Of a DNA stretch of 64,000 nt, positions 43,737 through 53,682 are shown one piece after another (the first letter of the stretch is position 1; each line of letters starts with the position of its first letter). Where the stretch lies: the NCBI GenBank assembly GCA_021783135.1, contig JAJXUE010000006.1:10416-74415 (forward strand), given 5' to 3'. This DNA is from Bacillota bacterium (GTDB taxonomy: Bacteria > Bacillota > Desulfitobacteriia > Desulfitobacteriales > JAJXUE01). The notes under the pieces are model-generated. The model saw only the letters and a list, made by a program, of their open reading frames with translations. It was not told the origin of the DNA and ran no database searches. The translations under genes were made by a program, and so were the position numbers.

Positions 43737-45836
43737 ATGTTAGAAGAGGCCTTGTTACTTTTAAAAAAATATTATGGTTATCCGGCTTTTCGACCGGGCC
43801 AGCAAAAGATTATCACCAGTATCCTAGAGGGTCGTGATACCCTTGGCATCATGCCGACAGGCGGCGGCAAATCGATTTGCTATCAGATTCCGGCGTTGAT
43901 GCTGCCGGGGACAACCCTAGTCATATCACCTTTAATTTCACTCATGAAAGATCAGGTCGATGCCTTAACCAGTTTAGGTATTCCCGCTGCCTTTATCAAC
44001 AGTTCTTTAGCCCCGCGGGAAGTGCGGGAACGTATCTTGGAGGCTGCCCAAGGTCAATATAAGCTCCTATATGTCGCGCCGGAGAGACTGGAATCTGAGC
44101 TTTTCCGCAGCCAATTGTACTCCCTGACCATCCCTCTAGTGGCGGTTGATGAGGCCCATTGTGTGTCGCAGTGGGGCCATGATTTTCGGCCGAGCTACCT
44201 GTCCATAGCGCAATTGATTGCGGATTTGCCGCAACGGCCGGTGCTAACCGCTTTTACCGCTACTGCCACCGAAGCTGTGGTAGTGGATATCGGCAATAAT
44301 CTGTATTTACGCAACCCTAACCTTTACCTAACCGGGTTTGACCGGGCTAATCTTGCTTACACAGTGTTAAGGGGTGTCGACAAGCGCGAATTTCTGCTCA
44401 AATATTTGCAGGAGAATCGGCAACAGTCGGGGATTATTTATGCTGCCACCCGCAAGGAGGTTGATCAGCTCCATCAGCTCTTAACGCAAAAGGGGTTTAG
44501 TGTGGGACGTTACCATGCCGGGTTAAGCGATGTGGAACGTAGCCGCGGTCAGGAGTCCTTTTTGTACGACGATTTGCGAATTATGGTGGCCACTAATGCT
44601 TTTGGTATGGGTATCGACAAATCCAACGTGCGCTTTGTGATCCACTATAACATGCCCAAGAACATGGAGGCCTACTATCAAGAAGCTGGTCGGGCCGGGC
44701 GGGACGGCGAACCTAGTGAGTGTATATTGCTTTTCGGCGCCCAAGATATTCAGGTGCAGAAGTTTCTCATCGAACAAGGTCAAACGGCACCGGACCGTAA
44801 GGCGGGCGAGTACAAAAAATTACAGGTCATGGCTGACTATTGCCATACCACCCGCTGCCTGCGGGAGTTTATTTTGCAATACTTCGGCGAGCAAACCGAA
44901 ACGGATAATTGTGCTAACTGCAGTAATTGCAATAACGACGGGGAGTTAATAGATATTACAGTTGTGGCCCAGAAGATCTTTTCCTGTATTAAACGGATGC
45001 GGGAAATGTTTGGGCTTACCTTGGTAGCTGAGGTGCTGAAGGGTTCCAACAGTAAAAAGGTGCTGCACAATAGGTTTGACACTTTATCGACTTTTGGGCT
45101 GCTGAAGGAGTATACCTTAAAAGAAATAAGTGACCTGATCAAGGTTTTGGCGGCTGAGGGGTATATTAAATTGACGGAAGGTCAGTATCCAGTGGCCAAA
45201 TTGGAAAGTAAAGCTTTAGCTGTTCTCAAAAACGAGGTTAAGGTTTGGCAAAGGGTTATGCATCCGAAGGAAAGGGCAGTTGACAATACCTTATTTGAAC
45301 TTTTGCGACAGCTGCGCAAGGAATTGTCGCAACAAGCTAAAATTCCGCCCTACATGGTTTTTACCGATAGTACCCTGCGCGAAATGAGTCAGACCCTACC
45401 TCTGGATGAGCAGGCCCTGTTAGCTGTTGGCGGGGTAGGAGAGGTTAAGCTTCAGGCCTATGGCAAACGCTGCCTGGAACTAATTCGTAGCTATGCCGCT
45501 CAACAAAGCACGGCAAAACACGTAGTTAAGGCGAGTGAACAAGCAAGTCATTTTCTGACCCTTGAGCTTTTTCGCGAGGGCAAATCATTACGCGAAATCG
45601 CTCGCGAGCGCAACTTAAAGTTACTCACTGTGCAAGACCACCTTATCCGCTGCAGCTTAGAGGGGGATGTGGTGAATTGGGACGCCCTGATCCAAACGGA
45701 GTATGAGCAGCTGATTTTAAGCAAAGCGGCAGAGCTGGGGGCGGAAAAGTTAAAGCCTCTGAAAGAGGCTTTGCCAGCAGAGGTAGATTATTTTACCATC
45801 AAAGCCGTACTGTGTAAGCACAACTCAGCGGGGTAA
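43737..45836 (+). CDS. recQ: ATP-dependent DNA helicase RecQ
   Basis: GYPAFRPGQ, MPTGGGKS, DEAHCVSQWGHDFRP, Zn-binding Cys cluster (C..C...CANCSNC), RQC and C-terminal HRDC regions. Confidence 0.92.
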   Translation: MLEEALLLLKKYYGYPAFRPGQQKIITSILEGRDTLGIMPTGGGKSICYQIPALMLPGTTLVISPLISLMKDQVDALTSLGIPAAFINSSLAPREVRERILEAAQGQYKLLYVAPERLESELFRSQLYSLTIPLVAVDEAHCVSQWGHDFRPSYLSIAQLIADLPQRPVLTAFTATATEAVVVDIGNNLYLRNPNLYLTGFDRANLAYTVLRGVDKREFLLKYLQENRQQSGIIYAATRKEVDQLHQLLTQKGFSVGRYHAGLSDVERSRGQESFLYDDLRIMVATNAFGMGIDKSNVRFVIHYNMPKNMEAYYQEAGRAGRDGEPSECILLFGAQDIQVQKFLIEQGQTAPDRKAGEYKKLQVMADYCHTTRCLREFILQYFGEQTETDNCANCSNCNNDGELIDITVVAQKIFSCIKRMREMFGLTLVAEVLKGSNSKKVLHNRFDTLSTFGLLKEYTLKEISDLIKVLAAEGYIKLTEGQYPVAKLESKALAVLKNEVKVWQRVMHPKERAVDNTLFELLRQLRKELSQQAKIPPYMVFTDSTLREMSQTLPLDEQALLAVGGVGEVKLQAYGKRCLELIRSYAAQQSTAKHVVKASEQASHFLTLELFREGKSLREIARERNLKLLTVQDHLIRCSLEGDVVNWDALIQTEYEQLILSKAAELGAEKLKPLKEALPAEVDYFTIKAVLCKHNSAG

Positions 45837-45854
45837 AAGTTTAAATTAACCGCA

Positions 45855-46952
45855 CTATTGTACCGCCCCCGGTCCCTGCATAATGGTCTTGATTTGCTGA
45901 ACTACGGCATCGCTCACAGCTCCGGTGCCGCCGAGCACCACGATATTGGGATAAACTACTTGTTGTGACTGGGTAACCACAGGTGAACCGGCATTGTGGT
46001 CATAATATGCCAATTGACTTAAATAGCTTGCGGTTACGGCGGGTAAGCTTGTCGACTGAACCAAATATATCGGACACATCAGCGACAGGTTACCGGCAAG
46101 TACTGCCCCGGCCAGTGCATCAGGATAGTCTTGGCCAGTTGCGATATAAATAGTTGGGCTGCCTGTTATTTGGGCATTATATTGCGAATTTGTCGTGTAT
46201 TCATCTGCCCCAGAAATCACAATATTTTGCAGTGCGCGCGGATAAGAGGTTCCGATTTGTTTAGTTATATCTCCGACAGCTTCAAGATAAGTAATCGAGT
46301 CTAAAAATGTTTTCTGAGCTGCAGTTATGCCGGTGGGAGAAACGAGAATTATCGGACTTGGCGTTCCGCTGGCATCGCGCGAGGCCACAGTCAAGGCATC
46401 GTAATAATTATTGGCACTGACTATGTCGGCAAAGTGACCGGGATTTCCACCTAACTGAACTACGAGCTGCCCGATCATGAGCGAGGTTGCTTCCCGATCC
46501 GAACCGCCGATTTGGTGAATTTGACCTGGGGCAATGTTGATAGCGGCGGCGATAGCCTGTAGATAGCCGGCGGGAAACAAGCCTGTACCACCAAGAATAT
46601 ATAGTCCCCCATTTGCTGCCAAGTGGGTTTTTACATAACCGAGAGTTGTGGCGCTTGCCCCCGGTGTTGTATCCAACAGCAGGATGGGCGCCTTTAAGAG
46701 TTTGGCTAATGGCGCCCCGGACAAAGCATCCGGATAGTTGTTGCCTGAGGCTAAGACAATATTGGGGAATTTTCCGCCATTATTGGCTTGGATGCTCAGC
46801 GCATTGGCAATCGCAACGGCTGTGGCATAACGATTAGAGCCGTAGAGTCTGGTAATGGTCACATTAGCTGATGAGGTCAGATCTCCCAGCGCTGTTGTAG
46901 TATACGTAAAAATAAGCATAAGGCTTAGACATAAACTAATAACTTTTTTCAT
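45855..46952 (-). CDS. secreted cell-wall-binding repeat 2 (CWB2) protein
   Basis: Signal peptide followed by three CWB2-like repeats (GSNRYATAVAIA...ASGNNYPDALSGAPLA...APILL). Confidence 0.8.
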   Translation of the reverse strand: MKKVISLCLSLMLIFTYTTTALGDLTSSANVTITRLYGSNRYATAVAIANALSIQANNGGKFPNIVLASGNNYPDALSGAPLAKLLKAPILLLDTTPGASATTLGYVKTHLAANGGLYILGGTGLFPAGYLQAIAAAINIAPGQIHQIGGSDREATSLMIGQLVVQLGGNPGHFADIVSANNYYDALTVASRDASGTPSPIILVSPTGITAAQKTFLDSITYLEAVGDITKQIGTSYPRALQNIVISGADEYTTNSQYNAQITGSPTIYIATGQDYPDALAGAVLAGNLSLMCPIYLVQSTSLPAVTASYLSQLAYYDHNAGSPVVTQSQQVVYPNIVVLGGTGAVSDAVVQQIKTIMQGPGAVQ

Positions 46953-47337
46953 TGATTTTTTGTACTCCTACTTTAATTTGTTTCTACTTTCGACAAATGG
47001 GCGGCTTTATCCTTTCCTATAAAGTCCTACAAAGAGTGCTTTTTCTAGTGCTCTTTCTTTTTTGTAGCCATCGCTAAGTGTGCTTTAAAATTTAAGTTTT
47101 ATAATTCGTGGCGTGACTGGTAAATAGGATAGCATTTGCTATCCTATTTTGCTGACTCTAATTACCAAAATATTGCATAATAGATAATCTTTTTTGCATT
47201 ACGGCTTGCAGCAGGTGCGTTATAATTAGTGGTGAAAAAGTAAATATATGGAAAATAATCCCCGGACGAAAGTCTTTTTGAGGGGTCAAGATAAAGGTGA
47301 ATAGGACCTAAAAATACCTAGAGAAAGAGGAGAACGA

Positions 47338-50300
47338 ATGAAACGGAGATTCCACAAGAGTCTGAGTATGGTCTTGGGATTGACGCTGCTGTTGAGCAAT
47401 TTTCTCAGTTTTGGTGCTCTGGCTGCATGGGCGGCAACCGGGACCGTCGCTGACCCGTACACTGTGACGGAGGCGATTAACCTTCAAGACGCTAGGGTTG
47501 CGGCGGTGCAAGGCTTCATTGTCGGTCAACCGACCGCAGCGAGTACGGTACTTACAGCCGGTTTTCCCAACGATTACGCTCTTGCCTTAGCTGACACCCC
47601 GACTGAAACTGATCCGGGCAAGATGCTGTACGTGCAAATACCGTCGTCTTTTCGTGCTGAGTTTGGCCTTAATTCTAACCCCGCCAACCTGGGTCAATCG
47701 GTGAAAGTTACGGGAAGTCTTACGCCATATTTTACGCCTCACCCAGGACTGAAGGCCGTCAGCGACATAGTAGCTGTACCAACAGCAGCTCAACCCACAA
47801 TCTTAGATGCCAGGAATCTTTTTGCAGCTAATAAAGATAATACTACTGCGCCAACCGCCACAGTAACCGGAGTAGTAACCTATTCCGATGGGAAGAACTT
47901 CTACATTCAAGACAATACTGCGGGAATAAATGTTTACGTCAACGGCTTGTCCCCCTTGCCCCAGCAGAAAGACGTAATCACTGCTACCGGACCCATGGTG
48001 CTTTATAACGGTTTGCTGGAGGTAAAACCGGCGACAACGGGTGCATCAATCGTAGGCAGTGTACCTGAACTACCTGTGCCAAAGGAAGTAAGCCTTGACC
48101 AGGTGGAAAATTATGAATCCCAACTGATCAAAATCGCCAATGTAACGCTCGGAACGACAGTAGGCAATAATACTCCTCTGACAGATGCAGCCAATAACAC
48201 CATTAACATTTATAAAATGCCACCGCTTAGCGGTATAAGCCCCGGCGATAAAGTCGACGTTGTGGCGATAGCATCCGTGTTTACTAAACCACAACTGCTA
48301 GTCCAAAATGCATCTGACATTACCAAAGTGGTGGATACGGTGGATAATTCACCGCCGGAAATAGTGCACACCCCTGTGACTACAGCTACGGCGGGAAAGG
48401 ATCTGACCGTGTCCGCTCGGGTAACCGATGCTACGCAGGTTACAGGAGTTAAACTTTACTTCAGGCCTACAGGACAGACTACCTATGCTACGCTTACGAT
48501 GAGCAGCGGGCTCGATGCTGACTATTCTGCCACCATACCCGGCACTGCCGTCACTTCAGCCGGTCTGCAGTACTACATTGAAGCAACAGACGGTGCTAAT
48601 ACCGGTACTTCTCCGGTTGATGCGGCCAATCCTTATGCGGTTACGGTAAATCCCGAAACTGAGCCCGGGCCATACAACTTTTATTTCGGCAATCTGCACA
48701 GCCACACCAATCTGTCCGACGGCCTCGGCACGCCGGATGATGCCTTTACCTACGCCCGCGATACAGCTAAGGTAGATTTCCTGGCAATTACGGATCATTC
48801 GAACTGGTTTGACAATAATACCACAGCCACTCTGGCCGACGGATCCCAGAGCAAAAGCTGGCAGCAGTTAAAAAGTACTGCGGACAAGTATAATAATGCC
48901 GGTAGTTTCGTCGCCATCGGTGGGTACGAGATGACGTGGGCAGACGGAACAGGGCATATCAATACCTTTAATACAGATGGATTCTTATCCCGTAATGCCA
49001 AGGGCGTAGATCTAAAAACCTATTACGCCGGCATTGCCAAATATCCGCAATCTATTTCCCAACTCAACCACCCGGGCACAATTTTTGGTGATTTTGACTC
49101 CTTCAATTATCATACCCCTGAAGCAGACAATGTGGTTGATCTGATTGAAGTTGGCAACGGCGAGGGCCAAGTCCGAAGCGGTGGCTATTTCCCGAGTTAT
49201 GAGTATTATACGGAGGCTTTGGATAAGGGGTGGCATGTGGCCCCAAGTAACAACCAAGATAATCACTTGGGTAAATGGGGTAACGCTAACGCTGCCAGAA
49301 CTGTAGTCTTGGCGCAAACTTTAGACCGTAACAGCATTTATACGGCCATCCGTGAGCATAGAGTTTATGCCACCGAGGATCAAAATCTGCGGGTTAATTA
49401 CACCGTAAACGGCAGTGAGATGGGCGCCTCGCTCGACAATCCCAGCCAGTTGAACATCAGTATTAACCTTGACGATCCGGACCAAACTGACGTAATTGGT
49501 AAGGTATCCATCATTGCCAACGGTGGTACAGTTGTCGCCACAAAGTCCTTCACCACCAATACTGCGCAATGGGATTTAACTTTGCCTGCGCAATACAGCT
49601 ACTATTACGTTCGGGTTGATGAAGGTGACCAAGATATCGCAGTGACCGCCCCGGTTTGGACAGCTGAAGTGCCTCCGGCGGGCATATCGATGGTCGCTGT
49701 CTCGCAAAATCCCCTGCTTGTGAATTCCCCTGTTGATCTAACCGCAACTGTTTACAACAATGGTGTAGACCCGCTGAGCAATGTGACAGTTCAATTTTTC
49801 AAAAATGACTTGACACCGGCCAATAAAATTGGGGAAGTCACTTTAAATTCAGTTGACGCTGCGACTACAGCAGACGCTAAAACCACCTGGACCCCCACAG
49901 AAACAGGCAGTTATAAAATAATTGCCCAGACTACAATTAATGTCGGGGGACAGGACAAAGTGATGAGCGGCAGTACTAATCTGGTTGTTGGCACTGCAGC
50001 GGATTTTACCAAAGTGGTCTTGGATACGGCTCATGCTAATGCTTATGTAAGCGGCTACTATGCCGGTAGTGACAAGACCTTGCTCGCGATGTTAAATGCG
50101 AAAAACTGTATGGTAATTCAAAACAAAGCTCCGCTCACGGCTCAAGTTCTTGACGGTGCCAAGGTTTTGATTCTCACAGATCCTCAGTCCAAAGATGATA
50201 CAGCCAAAAGCCTAAACCGATCTGTCTATACTGCGGAAGAAATTCAAGCAATCCGTGATTTTGTCAATGCTGGTGGGTCAGTAATAATTGCTGGACGGGC

Positions 50301-52053
50301 CGATTATGATGACAAAGGCATCCCTGTCGGTGATACGGACTATCACAGTGCGGCCCAAAGTAATGCTGTATTGGTAGCTATCGGTTCGAACCTGCGTCTT
50401 AATGATGATGAAGTTATTGATGATGTTGCCAATGGCGGACAGAACTACCGACTCTACTTCTCAGACTATACCGGATCCAAATACAATCTCACTCAGAATG
50501 TGCTACCAGGAGAAAAATATAGTTTTTATAGTGGTTGTTCAGTTATTCCAAAGGATGGAGCCGATTTGAGTCAGGTCGACTGGCTGGTGAAGGGAAACAG
50601 TACAACCAAGTCGCTCGATTCGGATAACATGAATGACGCTGCAGCGGTAAATGAGGGCAATGTTTACGCCCTGGCGGCAGAAACGCTGCCGAGTGGCGGG
50701 AAGGTTATTGTCGCCGGGACAGTTTTCTTTTCCGATTTTGAGACTGCCTCCGGTGATAACGCTTATACCAATAAGCAGATAACCGACAACATTCTGACTT
50801 GGCTCACCGCAGCAGATCCTGCCCCTGTACAAACGGTAGCCGACATCCGTTCTAATGCTAATAGTTTGGGCCAAAGAGTTGCGGTGGAAGGTATTGTCAC
50901 GGCGCAATCAAAGGCGGTTGGAGCCAATACGGCCTTCTTCGACGTTATTTATGTTCAGGATGCTACAGGTGGCATCACTGTATTCGGAGTTACCGACAGA
51001 GCCATTGCTCTTGGCACGAAGGTACGTGTAACCGGAATAGTGGACCAATACCAAGGCGATCTTGAGCTGCGAGTCGGCGATGAAAACGGTGATATTGCCA
51101 TTTTGGACGCTAATCCTACACCAGTGGCACCCAAGATACTGCAGACAGCAGCTAGTATGTTACCCGAGAATGCGGGCTGGTTGGTGCAGACAGAAGGAGT
51201 GGTAACAAGATTTGATACAGGCAACGGGGATAACTCCTTGTACATTAATGACGGTTCCGGTGAAGCGAGAGTTTATGTTGACGGCTATGTAGGCGACGGA
51301 ACAGGCAACCAGGATATGTTGGGTAAGTGGAATGCCAATATCAAAGTCGGAGATAAAGTAAGTGTGATTGGGTTGGCCTCTAAGGATGCCATAGGTCAGA
51401 GGCTGCGTGTGCGAAATACAGGTGAAATTGTCCTGCTACCCACCCAAGGTGACATGGACCCTGTCCAACTTGACTTGAGCTTTGACAAACGCATTGTAGA
51501 AGTTGGCGAAAAAGCCACGGCTGTTCTAACGACCAGGGCTGCCCAAAATATCTACGGCTTTGATCTATACCTAAAATATGACCCGCAACTGTTTGAGCTA
51601 AAAAGTGTAGTACCGAATGCCGATTTCTCGTTAGGCGCTGCGGGTATAAAGCAAGATACTAATGGCAACGTGCATATCCTCGGTGTCTTAAAGGGGCAAA
51701 GTACCGGACAAGATGGAGATATCAAGTTAATCACGCTTAACCTTATAGCGAAGACCCAGGATGCACTGGGTAGTGTTTCTGTATTGGCCGGTTCGAAGTT
51801 CTCAGACAGCAATGGAGCGTTAGCTACGGTGGACCAGGACCTAACCCAAAACATAGCTATCGCTAATTCCGATGCAACAGGTAATGGTAAATTAGAGATT
51901 AATGATTTGGTAATGCTGGCCAGACTTTTTGGCAGCAAAGCATTGGATGCCGGATATGTGGCAAAGCTCGATATCAATAAAGACGGCATCATCGACATTG
52001 TTGATATTGCTTATGTAGGGCACAGATTGCTGGCGCAGGGGTTACAAAGATGA
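47338..52053 (+). CDS. large secreted multidomain surface protein: OB-fold-like modules, PHP-type metallophosphoesterase, CARDB-like domain, cohesin-like domain and C-terminal dockerin
   Basis: 1571 aa with a signal peptide. PHP motif FYFGNLHSHTNLSDG...FLAITDHS. Two TV.G.VT...NF/FYIQD modules like those of extracellular nucleases. Cohesin-like YGFDLYLKYDPQLFELKSV. Dockerin calcium-loop pair DATGNGKLEINDL and DINKDGIIDIVDI. Confidence 0.8.
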   Translation: MKRRFHKSLSMVLGLTLLLSNFLSFGALAAWAATGTVADPYTVTEAINLQDARVAAVQGFIVGQPTAASTVLTAGFPNDYALALADTPTETDPGKMLYVQIPSSFRAEFGLNSNPANLGQSVKVTGSLTPYFTPHPGLKAVSDIVAVPTAAQPTILDARNLFAANKDNTTAPTATVTGVVTYSDGKNFYIQDNTAGINVYVNGLSPLPQQKDVITATGPMVLYNGLLEVKPATTGASIVGSVPELPVPKEVSLDQVENYESQLIKIANVTLGTTVGNNTPLTDAANNTINIYKMPPLSGISPGDKVDVVAIASVFTKPQLLVQNASDITKVVDTVDNSPPEIVHTPVTTATAGKDLTVSARVTDATQVTGVKLYFRPTGQTTYATLTMSSGLDADYSATIPGTAVTSAGLQYYIEATDGANTGTSPVDAANPYAVTVNPETEPGPYNFYFGNLHSHTNLSDGLGTPDDAFTYARDTAKVDFLAITDHSNWFDNNTTATLADGSQSKSWQQLKSTADKYNNAGSFVAIGGYEMTWADGTGHINTFNTDGFLSRNAKGVDLKTYYAGIAKYPQSISQLNHPGTIFGDFDSFNYHTPEADNVVDLIEVGNGEGQVRSGGYFPSYEYYTEALDKGWHVAPSNNQDNHLGKWGNANAARTVVLAQTLDRNSIYTAIREHRVYATEDQNLRVNYTVNGSEMGASLDNPSQLNISINLDDPDQTDVIGKVSIIANGGTVVATKSFTTNTAQWDLTLPAQYSYYYVRVDEGDQDIAVTAPVWTAEVPPAGISMVAVSQNPLLVNSPVDLTATVYNNGVDPLSNVTVQFFKNDLTPANKIGEVTLNSVDAATTADAKTTWTPTETGSYKIIAQTTINVGGQDKVMSGSTNLVVGTAADFTKVVLDTAHANAYVSGYYAGSDKTLLAMLNAKNCMVIQNKAPLTAQVLDGAKVLILTDPQSKDDTAKSLNRSVYTAEEIQAIRDFVNAGGSVIIAGRADYDDKGIPVGDTDYHSAAQSNAVLVAIGSNLRLNDDEVIDDVANGGQNYRLYFSDYTGSKYNLTQNVLPGEKYSFYSGCSVIPKDGADLSQVDWLVKGNSTTKSLDSDNMNDAAAVNEGNVYALAAETLPSGGKVIVAGTVFFSDFETASGDNAYTNKQITDNILTWLTAADPAPVQTVADIRSNANSLGQRVAVEGIVTAQSKAVGANTAFFDVIYVQDATGGITVFGVTDRAIALGTKVRVTGIVDQYQGDLELRVGDENGDIAILDANPTPVAPKILQTAASMLPENAGWLVQTEGVVTRFDTGNGDNSLYINDGSGEARVYVDGYVGDGTGNQDMLGKWNANIKVGDKVSVIGLASKDAIGQRLRVRNTGEIVLLPTQGDMDPVQLDLSFDKRIVEVGEKATAVLTTRAAQNIYGFDLYLKYDPQLFELKSVVPNADFSLGAAGIKQDTNGNVHILGVLKGQSTGQDGDIKLITLNLIAKTQDALGSVSVLAGSKFSDSNGALATVDQDLTQNIAIANSDATGNGKLEINDLVMLARLFGSKALDAGYVAKLDINKDGIIDIVDIAYVGHRLLAQGLQR

Positions 52054-53540
52054 ACAAAAAAGTTAATTTAGTACCGCTTAGCGTGATTTTGCTCTCTATA
52101 TTTGCGTTTGCGTTTGCACTTGCCGCATTTCCGGCAACGGTGCTTGCGGCAAGTATACCAACAAGCGAGCTAATCCTGACCAGTGATAAACAACAATATA
52201 ACGTGGGGGATATCCTGACGATTGACGTAAAAAGTCGGAGTGAGGTTCATATTTTCGGGGTACAGTTTACCCTAACTTATGATCCTGCAGCACTGCAACT
52301 GCAAGGGGGTGGGCTGCAACCCCACGGTAGCTATACGTCTTTTGGTGGCACAAGAATAGACGATGGGACGGGCAAACTTACCTATCCACTAATTAATTTT
52401 ACTACTGGCCCTACTGCCTCAATGGATATTGGGGAAATAAACTTTAAAGCGCTAAAAGCGGGCACGACTAATTTAGCTTTAAGCGACATCAAGGCTGTTG
52501 ATGCTGACTCAAATATGGTTAGTGCTAACATTTCTTTTCAACTGCCGACTAACATCGTAATACCGGTCATAAATCCGCCGACGGGTGACGGTGGTGGAGG
52601 TGGTAATGGAGGTGGCGGTGTGCCAGGAACCCAACCGCCGGAGCGCATGGGCGGGAGTGACCGCTACGCTACTGCCGTTAAAATTGCGGCGTCATATTTT
52701 GCTGACGGTGCAAATACCGTAGTTCTGACGCGAGGCGACATCGCAGCCGACGCGCTAACGGCCGGACCGTTGGCAAGGCATTACCATGGGCCACTGCTGT
52801 TGACCCCTAAAGACAATCTACCGGCACAAGTCTTGACTGAGTTAAAAAATTTGCGCACGCAAACTGTCTATATCGTGGGCGGGGTTGGCGCAGTAAGTGA
52901 ACGGGTTGCTGCAGAAATTACCAGTCAGGGCATTAAGGTAGAGCGAGTAGCCGGAGCTGATCGCTGTGATACGGCTTATCAGGTGGCAAAATTATTGGGT
53001 AAGGTCGGTCAAGTGGTTATTGTCAGCGGTACTGACGGTGCCTATCCGGATGCTTTATCAATCTCTTCTTGGGCTGCATATAACGGAGTACCGATTCTCT
53101 ACGCTAATGGAGCGGCTAGCTTGCCTGATGTCACGGCAAAGGCTCTGGCAGAATTGCAAGTTACACGCACAATTTTAGTAGGCGGGACAGGTGTATTACC
53201 CAAAGCGTTAGAAAATATTGTCCCTAACGCCGAGCGTTACGGTGGGTTAGACCGCTATGCAACAAATGCACAAGTGTTAAGCAAGTTACAACCTGCCCCA
53301 ACCCAGGTATTTGCCGCAACAGGGAGAGATTTTGCAGATGCTTTAGCAGGTACCGCAATTACCGCCCAGAGCAACGCGTGGCTCATCTTGACCGGTGGCG
53401 AAGTAAATGGACTTGCGCCGGAACAAATACAGATCCTGTCCCAAGTCAGGGGCAGCGTCACGGGACTCCACATTTTTGGCGGTACCGGAGCAGTCTCCGA
53501 ACAAACCCTAACTGCCCTTAAAACTTTGCTAGGCAAGTAA
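52050..53540 (+). CDS. cohesin-domain protein with a Gly-rich linker and three CWB2 wall-binding repeats (putative anchoring scaffoldin)
   Basis: Signal peptide. Cohesin-like FGVQFTLTYDPAALQLQG. Linker PPTGDGGGGGNGGGGVPG. CWB2 repeats (GGSDRYATAVKIA...DALTAGPLA...PLLL). ATGA overlap with the upstream gene. Confidence 0.8.
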   Translation: MNKKVNLVPLSVILLSIFAFAFALAAFPATVLAASIPTSELILTSDKQQYNVGDILTIDVKSRSEVHIFGVQFTLTYDPAALQLQGGGLQPHGSYTSFGGTRIDDGTGKLTYPLINFTTGPTASMDIGEINFKALKAGTTNLALSDIKAVDADSNMVSANISFQLPTNIVIPVINPPTGDGGGGGNGGGGVPGTQPPERMGGSDRYATAVKIAASYFADGANTVVLTRGDIAADALTAGPLARHYHGPLLLTPKDNLPAQVLTELKNLRTQTVYIVGGVGAVSERVAAEITSQGIKVERVAGADRCDTAYQVAKLLGKVGQVVIVSGTDGAYPDALSISSWAAYNGVPILYANGAASLPDVTAKALAELQVTRTILVGGTGVLPKALENIVPNAERYGGLDRYATNAQVLSKLQPAPTQVFAATGRDFADALAGTAITAQSNAWLILTGGEVNGLAPEQIQILSQVRGSVTGLHIFGGTGAVSEQTLTALKTLLGK

Positions 53541-53571
53541 AGCTAGCAAGTAAAGCTAACAAGTAAAGCTA
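53533..53571. repeat. 13-bp tandem repeat, 3 copies, spanning the stop codon of the cohesin/CWB2 gene
   Basis: GCAAGTAAAGCTA / GCAAGTAAAGCTA / ACAAGTAAAGCTA. The gene's TAA (53538-53540) lies in copy 1. Confidence 0.9.
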
Positions 53572-53585
53572 AGTGGTTTAAAATT

Positions 53586-53646
53586 ACAAAAGAGAAGTTT
53601 GAGGCAGGTCAACGCTAGATTGGCCTTAATCAAACTTCTCTTTTGT
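53586..53646. terminator. bidirectional terminator
   Basis: ACAAAAGAGAAGTTTGA...TCAAACTTCTCTTTTGT, 17-bp perfect arms between convergent genes. Confidence 0.7.
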
Positions 53647-53682
53647 ATACCTCAGCAAGTGAATACTCAGGCAAGGAGCACG

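Noticed and set aside
47122-47150. Hairpin AAATAGGATAGC-attt-GCTATCCTATTT plus TTTG in the divergent intergenic region, as a possible sRNA terminator
   Set aside because: I could identify no promoter or conserved upstream element to define a transcript. It sits between two divergent surface-protein genes and may be a stray palindrome. The evidence is too weak to call.
52585-52625. G-run sequence (GGTGGTGGAGGTGGTAATGGAGGTGGCGGT) as a G-quadruplex or regulatory element
   Set aside because: It lies inside a well-supported CDS and simply encodes the Gly-rich linker GDGGGGGNGGGG between the cohesin and CWB2 domains.
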